A stretch of 64,000 bases of DNA from Octopus vulgaris (taxonomy: Eukaryota), in contig OX597829.1 in NCBI GenBank assembly GCA_951406725.2, positions 1,426,001-1,490,000 on the forward strand, written 5' to 3'. Below are positions 54,869-64,000 of the stretch, in pieces. The notes under the pieces are model-generated. The model did not search any database and had not been told where the DNA came from. It saw nothing but the letters and a program-made list of their open reading frames with translations. Position 1 is the stretch's first letter. Every line of letters starts with the position of its first letter. The position numbers and the translations under genes were made by a program.

Positions 54869-55454
54869 ACTACTACCATCACAATCAACGTGACTACCAC
54901 CACCACTACCACCACCAACAACTACAATAACTACAACAACAACAACAACAACAACGGCGATGGTAACAAAAGCAACAATAACTACTAGCAACCCTGCTTG
55001 CAACTACACCAATGCTATCACGACCACCACAACCAAAAATCCTACCACCATCACTACCAACACTGTAACGATGATGGCGGCGAACAACGCGCCGCGTAAC
55101 CCCCACTTATCAATTCCACCACCACCACCACCACCACCACCACTACTACCACCACCACCACCACCACCAAAACCACTGCCACCACCACCACCATCCGTAA
55201 TGCCAATACTACTACCATCACTGCGGCAATCGCTGTCACGATCAATAGTAACACCGCCAGTATCTTCAGCACCAGCACCACCAACACTATTATCACCACC
55301 AAGATTAACTTCTGTACCAACAATCCCACCACTACCATCACCACCACACCGAACCGCTATCAATAGAAGCAACGACCAGCCTTACTCTAGCATCATCGCA
55401 TCACACATTGAATCTAAATCGTATCGAAAATGTTCTTGCTGCTGCTGCTGCTGC

Positions 55455-55490
<36 letters not shown>

Positions 55491-55937
55491 GGATGTTGCT
55501 GTTGTTGTTGTTGCTGTTGGAGATAATGAAGTTTTGAAGCAAAAGTGTGACCTCAAATCCAGATGGTTTTTACTATTCAACAATTTACGAATCTTTTGAG
55601 AGCAAAGAATAAACAAAAGACAAAAACGAAGGAACGAAAGGAAAAGAGGGGGGCAAAGAAGAAGAAGAAGAAAAAATCTAATTTGAACCACGTTAATTTA
55701 GACAACTATATGGGTGGAGTGTATATACGTGTGTATGTATGTGTATGTGTGTGTATGTGTGTGTGCGTCTTTGTTTGTATGTGTGTATGCGTCTGTGTGT
55801 GTATGTGTGTGGGTATGCGTCTGTGTGTGTATGTGTGTGTGCGCGTCTGGGTGTGTATGTGTGTGTGTGCGTCTGTGTGTGTACCTGTGTGTGTGTGCAT
55901 CTGTGTGTGTATGTGTGTGTGTGCGTGTGTGTGTGTA

Positions 55938-55969
<32 letters not shown>

Positions 55970-56699
55970 TGTGGTGGGAAAGAAACTTGTAACAAATAAC
56001 TGAGTCCCACTTTGTTCTATTTCCTTGAATAGTTTTCATTTTTGGGGTTGACGGGGTTAGGGTGGCAAGATGAAGGAAGCTTTGCCTGGTTTCAGTGGTC
56101 TACTACTCAATGAGCTTTACACTCTTATGCCAGACTTGAGTGCGGCGACTTCTTGTCAGAAACCCACTGCAACTAGCAACAGGACGGTAAGAAGCCCCAA
56201 TTCTGTGAGGTAGCGAGCAGTAACCTTGCTAAAAAAAAAAGGGTCCGGACAAAGGGAAAACATAATGGTTTCCTACCCCGTAACTTTACTAAACAGACAC
56301 CAAGACTTTGGCCAATGCGATAACGTAGAGGTCGCTGCTTGTCATTTGTTGCTTGCCGTCAGTGGTCAATTTTGGTGACGCACTGACATCTTACAACCAG
56401 AATACATCTGACCACGACAATTTTAATCTAATACGATTCATCATAAAGAGGGATAGGAATTTATACGGATGGGGCTTGATCAACTTAAACCAATCATTAG
56501 ATATTAGTAGCTCGACACCTGAGGAAGTACGCCCATGTCGTCCAGGATCATCGCGAGGTGCTGAACAAACGGATCGTTTGAAATTTTACAATGTAGCTTG
56601 ATCAAAATCTCCAGATGGAGCAACGGGATGAGATGACAAATGAGTGGTCAGTTTCGTCCATGAATGATCCAAGAGTAAAGTTTCCTCGAAAGGTTGAGC

Positions 56700-57105
56700 A
56701 GTGGGGGCAAACGCCTACATTACCGCCATCATCTATTACCGCTTGACCAGTGTGTTTTGCGTAAGAACACGAGAGATCAGATGAGAGCGTCTGCTCTTCC
56801 ACTATTTCTGGAAGGAGCGTGTTCCACTGCCCAGGCGCTCCATATTCTATCAAGACGCACAACCTAGAAGACTGAACATTCTGTGGATATACGCCGAAGC
56901 TACAGCATGTCCAGCAATTTCTTGATGTCAAACAGTTGTGGTCGCCGTTTTCCCCACACTTCTATCCACAGCTCGTGTTTTCGGCACAGCTAAAGTCTAT
57001 AACAGGGATCGTAGCATGTGGAATATCGTCAAGCGCTCACAGCACTCTGCTTGTCGGTCAAAGCGAGAGGTGGAAGTTCCACGTGGCCTTCTATAGAAGA
57101 TTAGT
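56700..57105 (-). mobile_element. Ancient RTE-like LINE remnant
   Basis: Faint LL*..TW, RLTIFH and IAGHAV motifs in the expected order; heavily degraded. Confidence 0.4.
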
Positions 57106-57107
57106 GG

Positions 57108-57207
57108 CAAGGCGGTGAGTTGGCAGAATCGTTAGCACGCCGGGCGAAATGTTTAGCGGTATTTCGTCTGCCGCTACGTTCTGAGTTCAAATTCCGCCGA
57201 GGTCGAA
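57108..57207 (+). mobile_element. SINE family A head fragment
   Basis: aaggcggtgagttggcagaatcgttagcacg...gaggtcga. Confidence 0.8.
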
Positions 57208-58476
57208 ATCCCGTCAGCCGAGACTCTTGAAGATACCTGCAATGTGACTAAGCCGTTGCGCACGCAGTCATCCAGTATCCGAACTACTTGACTTGTAGAG
57301 TTACGTCGAACAGCACTTGTTATGTAAAGGACAGATCCCGTTCTCTGGCCATTGTATAGATCTTCCTACCGCCTTCTTTTGAACGAGAAGGTTTTCAATG
57401 AAGTATAATTCGTTCAATCGTCCATTGCAACTGATTCTTTGGGGATCACCATTTCAAAACAGAAAATATAAAATAAACCTAACTGGGAAGAATTCGAAAT
57501 CAGACTTTTTACCATTCAGTTAGAGAGGTAATGGCAATACCCAATACTTGAATCTTTTCAGGGCCGTCAAAATTGTGGTTTCGATTCTCAGACCAGGCAA
57601 TGCGTTGTGTTCTTGAACAAAACGCTTCACTTCACGTTGGCTCCGTACACTCAGATGTAAATTAGTGACCTTCCGACGGTCTAACTCTGCGACGGACTGG
57701 CACTCAAATGAAGGAAAAATATTGTGGTCACAGTCATTTATACGACGTGGAAGCCAGAAATTGGCCCTTTGAATCCATGGGCACAGGTTGATGAGGATGA
57801 TAAAAGCTGGGAGAGGAAGGAAAGTAGGTAAGATGTTATCCTCAGATCTGACTCGAATGTTAGTAACAGAGTGGATCTCTCTAAAAATGGACCAGGTAGG
57901 GATATTAAACAGGACAACAAATTAAATATTTTATCTTTGTATCACAACGCATTCCATCAAATATTCGAGCGATCCTGCTAACTCAATGCTTGCCGTAAGC
58001 AGGTACTTTATTTATCAATCTCAGAAGGCTCAAAGGGCAGGTATTTTTCACCACTGCATTTGAACTCGGAATGTAAAACCGTAGAATAGGTTTTAGAGAG
58101 CAATTCGCTCGACCTTTTACTAAGTACTTTGAAAGAATATAATTCACCGCTGCAGGAGGCAGCAGTGTTGTCGAACAGTAGTTAGCTAAACTTGCGTTGT
58201 TTGCAATATCAAATCCAATATCTCTTGTTAATATGGTAGTTTTTTTGTTTAATGTCTTTGTACCTAAATGAATATTTAATTATGTTCAGTATATTAAGAA
58301 TCAACTTATACGCCAAATGTATTAAATCTAATTCTTGAAAACGAGATTGTGAAGGTTTAGAAACGTCGGATATAAACTGAGCTTTGAACCAAGCCAACTG
58401 CGAAACACGAGTAAGAAAGAAAGGGAAAAATCTAAAACAGAAAGGATAAACTTTGCAGATAAACGTGTTATTTAAT

Positions 58477-58815
58477 TTCGTTTTTGGAGTTGGTTTGCAA
58501 GACTCTTTATATGAGTTCGTGTGTTGAAGCATATTCTCTTGTGTCTGGGGAGAGTCATTTTCTTTTTTTGCCTTATAATATAACACATTCACCGGTAAAA
58601 TTTCCACTTATTTCTTATTTTTATTGTCCTAAAATAATTTTCGTTGCATCTTGCAACCTTTTCAATGGTCTTTTCAAGAGTCAAGACTCTTGAAAAGGTT
58701 GCAAGACGCAACGAACATTTTAGGACAATAAAAATAAGAAATAAGTGGAAATTTTACCGGTGAATGTGTTATATTATAAGGCACAAAAAGAAAATGACTC
58801 TCCCCAGACACAACA
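58477..58815. mobile_element. Fold-back element family F, copy 3
   Basis: Inverted arms spanning 58539-58813; 12-bp TSD gtgttatttaat at 58465-58476 and 58816-58827. Confidence 0.88.
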
Positions 58816-59711
58816 GTGTTATTTAATGAAATATGTATAAAAACTCTTCCCTATTATTACGTGCATAAAATCACACGCAACCTCGCGCGCACGCATATAC
58901 ACAAAACTGTGTCTGTATCAAATCCTGAAATTGATGTAGCAGACCTGGAAGAATCAAATCTTGTAAGCTTCAAGGTTCTTACTGGAGCAAAGATGGAACT
59001 TATGAAAATTGAAGGGATGCTGAAACACAGATGAATAGCGATAGTTATCTTATCTTTTTTTTTTTGGTTTTTCATATTTTTGGTTTTCTTTCATAATATC
59101 GATTTTTAAGTATATTAATGGATGGCACCATGCCCGTGTAAAAAAAGGTCAATATTCTTAAACTATTGATAAAGAATACTCTAAAATAAGGGGACGTTTT
59201 TTTTCCCTTTCTTGAAGCATCTCCGCAATCAGTTCCCGATTTTCGGTTGAAACCATTTCTCGCTGTCTGCGCATGTTCGTTAATACATGAACGTGTTTTA
59301 AACTTATTATATATGTGTGATACACTGAAGATGAAGATGATTATGATGATGATGATAAGGAGGAGGAGGAGAGAGTGGAGGAGGACGATGGTGCTGGTGG
59401 TTGTGGTGGTGGAAGTGGTTGCAGTGGAGGAGGAAGGGTAGGGAGGGGAAGGCGGAGTAAAATGATAACCGCAAACTAGAACGACAATATTTATTAGTGA
59501 TTAATGATTATGATAATGATTATAATTACGATGGTGTTTAGAAGTGATGGCGTAGTGGTGGTGGGTGATGGAGGTTGATGACAATGATGATGAAAATGAT
59601 GATGATGATGATGACAATGTTGATGAAAATGATGATGATGACGACGTCGATGGACGAAGACGACGACGACGGTGGTGGTGGCGGTGGTCATGGTGGTAGT
59701 GGTGGTGGACG

Positions 59712-60120
59712 AGCTGGCAGAAACGTTAACGCGCCGGGCGAAACGCTTGGCGGTATTTCGTCTGTCGTTACGTTCAGAGTTCAAATTCCGCCAAGGTCGA
59801 CTTTGCCTTTCATCCTTTCGGGGTCGATAAATTAAGTACCAGTTACAGACTGGGGTCGATATAATCGACTTAATCCGTTTGTCTGTCCTTGTTTGTCCAC
59901 TGTAATGTTTAGCCCCTTGTGGGTAATAAAGAAATAGGTATTTCGTCTGCCGCTACGTTCTGAGTTCAAATTCCGCCGAGGTCGACTTTGCCTTTCATCC
60001 TTTCGGAGTCGATTAAATAAGTACCAGTTACGCACTGGGGTAGATGTAATCGACTTAATCCGTTTGTCTGTCCGTGTTTGTCCTCTCTGTGTTTAGCCCC
60101 TTGTGGGCAATAAAGAAATA
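59712..60120 (+). mobile_element. SINE family A dimer
   Basis: One head, two bodies; 11-bp TSD ggtggtggacg at 59701-59711 and 60121-60131. Confidence 0.9.
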
Positions 60121-60634
60121 GGTGGTGGACGTGACATCACTTCACTGTGAAAATAATGATGAGAGTCACTTCAAACTTGTATTAAAGTGATGTCGTTGAT
60201 CGATATTTCATTGAGTCTTTTGCATTTAATTCTACGAGGGTTCACCAGATTTTGATTCCCTGTCTTGGGCCCCATATTTTTCTTTGTATACTTTCCATCC
60301 AACAAATAGGTTGCTGCCTGTTTCCAATATTATTTCAGTTTAAGCAATATTAAAAGATTAGTCTCACACTGTCCCTATTCCGTACAAACTGCTTTTCGCG
60401 TAGTACGTCTAGAAGCGGATACAGCTGATTGACTCGACTATCTCATCACTGGTTCACCCCTACATTGATGGTTGCTACCATTATTCATATTAATATAATA
60501 ATGGTTCTGGGAGGATGAATAGCAAAATCGTTTGGATTCGGAATTTTGGGACTGGAATTTATTTGATATCCACCGCAACAAACTTCTGCTACGTCACAGA
60601 CACTTGTATAAATATAATCAGAGCGCACGCACAA

Positions 60635-60968
<334 letters not shown>

Positions 60969-61073
60969 CCTATCATCTATCTATCTATATATATAGATAT
61001 AGATATGCACCTACATATACATATATGTATATATGTATAGAAAGATGGATAGATAGATAGATTTGTCTCTCTT

Positions 61074-61107
<34 letters not shown>

Positions 61108-61237
61108 CCCATACATATATGTATGTATATGTATCTATATATATATATATCAATTATATATATATATATACATATATACACACACATATATATATATATA
61201 TACATTATATATATATACGTATATATATACATATATA

Positions 61238-61301
<64 letters not shown>

Positions 61302-62028
61302 TATAAATATATCTACGTCCTCGACCCTTTTCTTTTTACACAGAACTTCATTAACAAACCACTAATGCCCTTGGGAAAGGCATAGACGTCACTACATTCA
61401 CCCCATCATTCCCTTCCTCTTACTCCTTCTCTCACCCATAACACACCCGGAGTCGCATCCTTTCTCAAACCAATTCTCATTTTTCTCACTTCCCACTTTT
61501 TCATTTTTTTTTTTGTTTTTTGTACTTTCTTCCTCTCTTTCAATTTCCTTCCTCATCCCTGCTTGCAATCCCTTTATCTCTTCCACTCTATTTTTCCCTT
61601 CCGTTTCCTTCCTCTAAATTTTTTTTAATATCTCACTCGTCCCTTTCACTTAACGCATATACTCACACTCAGTCATCTCACCTCATCCTTTTACTCTCTT
61701 ACCCACTCATACTTCGCCATGTTTCTTCCTACATACTCTCCACTTCTCGATCAGGGCTGCGCTTTTAATTCATTACCTTTCCATACACAACATACAATAC
61801 AGTTTATTTTATTAGTCGCATTCAATCGAAATCAATTAGTGTTTGTTACCGCCATCTTTTCTAAGACTAATAATGTCTCATCTATATTTCCTCCTTGTCA
61901 CTAATCAAATTCTGTTCATTTCCTAACTGATTTTGACACCTTGGGATACAAGTGTTCTGTGCAATATTCGCCCTTTATATAGCTGTTATATGTTTTTATG
62001 ATCTATTTATTAATATATCCCTCGCTCG

Positions 62029-62121
<93 letters not shown>

Positions 62122-62338
62122 CCTACCTACCTACCAATCTATCTATCTATCTATCTATCTTTTTTTTTTCCTCTCCCTCTTTTTTTTTAACCCCCTTTTT
62201 TTGTCCTCTTTCTCTCCTTTTACGATCCCTTTTGATCGAAACTCCCCCTTCCTTTTTTTTTTTTTAAACCTTCAAAAGAAAAGCTCTACCTTGTAATTTG
62301 TTCTATCTGTGTGCAGCCCTGTGTGGCTAATAAAGAAA

Positions 62339-62423
<85 letters not shown>

Positions 62424-62427
62424 TCTA

Positions 62428-62475
<48 letters not shown>

Positions 62476-62549
62476 TGTCTGTCTGTTTGTATGTTTGTCT
62501 GTTTGTCCGTCCGTCTGTCTCTCTGTCTATCTCCCTGTCTATCTCTCTG

Positions 62550-62598
<49 letters not shown>

Positions 62599-62962
62599 TT
62601 GTCTGTCTGTCTGTTTGTCTGTTTGTCTATGTATCTTCGAATCCATCTAACAATCCATTTACGTGAATACGTTTCGCGCCTCTGTATATATATTTTGCTC
62701 TCTCTCTCTCTCCCTGTCTCTTGAAACGTCCTCTAAATGGCGCTGCTGTCTTTGATTTTATTGGATTTATATCCCTTGTTTACTGCAATCTCTTGCTACA
62801 TTTGGTATTTCAGTTATGTTACCTCAACATTTAATACGGAGCTAAAGGCCATTAATATTGATGACATACATTCACAGTTAACTAGTAGTATTCCCGAAAG
62901 CGTATATTTATTTATTGTAGGAATCCGTATATCATACTTAAAGCAGAAACTTCATTGAAAAC

Positions 62963-63585
62963 CTAATTGACTTTGTTTTTCGTCCAGAGAAACAAAATCC
63001 TGCGTTTCGTTATAAAAAAAGAAACAGCGAGTCTAATGATAGCAGCTGAAGATAAAAGGATAAAAACAAGCATCACGAGAAAATATATGTATAGGGAGAC
63101 CGTGTCAGAGAAATATAAAGATACCAGGTTTGTTATATATACGCAAACTAAACCTAGAATGTTATACGTATTTAATGCACACCAACTCAAATAAACACGT
63201 CATTATCCAAATAAGATGTTCCAGAGAGTCATGAATTACAGAATATCATTAAAAAAAACAAGTAATGTGTGACATAAAATTCAAAATGTAAATCCTTTAT
63301 ATCGATTACAAAAATGAACTAAGTACATTAGTTTCTAATGATCAATGTGGTTTATGGATTCGATAGCTTATGAGCAAGTTACAAACTTCATGTCTCCAAC
63401 GCAGTTGTATTGGTCATGCAAGTACGGCAATCTCTCATTCATTCCACATGCATTTACAGGAAGAAGCATTGCATCACACAACATAAATCAGGACAGAAAA
63501 ACATTTTTAAAGAATACAACTATATTCTGTGGAATCCCAATCATCCCCCAAAATGTATTAATAATGGGGGCAATATTAATAACCT
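62963..63585 (-). pseudogene. Possible decayed intronless class A GPCR
   Basis: APIINTFWGMIGIPQNIVVFF (TM1 GxxGN-like), FMLCDAMLL (TM2-like), IWIMTCLF/LSWCALNTYNILG and a hydrophobic TM7-like stretch; several stops and frameshifts. Confidence 0.35.
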
Positions 63586-64000
63586 AGCACAATGCTAAAA
63601 TGAACACACGTTCATACACTGGACCCAACTAAAAATAAATCCATGACTGATGGCGTACAAAGCTGATGGAGGAAACTCAACTTCTGCCGAAAACGTCTTC
63701 ACCAATCACTTGTGTATGCCAGGTATAAAAAAGCAGCAATACGCAACAGCGTCACTTCATCTTAACAATAAAACTACCAGGGTCAAGTAACATTGATGTT
63801 GTATTTTGGAAGTTTACCGTTCTAAACAATAAAAATATTGCTTGAAAATACACTGTTACAAATAATAAAGTAATTTATCATATTTTGTGAATGAGTTCCA
63901 AAGACTAGAGGTGACAACATAAGAATTAAAAAGTTGATTTAAAATTATACATCTAGCATGTAATTGAGTTTCATTATAATATTTATAACAAAAAAGAACC

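Noticed and set aside
54060-55526. Pro/Thr-rich mucin-like ORFs
   Set aside because: Degenerate (ACC)n tract interrupted by a SINE, with stops in all frames overall
58900-59034. Coding-looking stretch PEIDVADLEESNLVSFKVLTG
   Set aside because: Short, no plus-strand splice acceptor, only a vague cadherin-like resemblance

Overview
Eukaryotic, AT-rich, extremely microsatellite-dense genomic DNA. The repeat families look like those of coleoid cephalopods (probably Octopus; inferred from recall, not from a search). No intact host protein-coding gene is supported, and almost all listed ORFs are translations of simple repeats. The window is a transposon graveyard. It has many tRNA-headed SINEs of at least three families, several with clear target-site duplications and some inserted as head-to-tail concatemers. 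It also has a cluster of Dong/R4-type non-LTR retrotransposon pieces all abutting (TAA)n tracts (one with an open >400-codon C-terminal frame), a PHD-finger CRE-like retrotransposon relic, RTE-type 3' ends, pogo, mariner and Tc1 relics, and several MITEs. The least expected signal is a set of about seven minimal type I hammerhead-ribozyme motifs in several short non-coding element families, mostly embedded in (TA)n. A separate family inserts as fold-back (inverted) structures with 9-12 bp TSDs. Both patterns point to Penelope-like or retrozyme-like non-autonomous retroelements. A possible decayed rhodopsin-class GPCR lies near the right end. All folds and alignments were done by eye.
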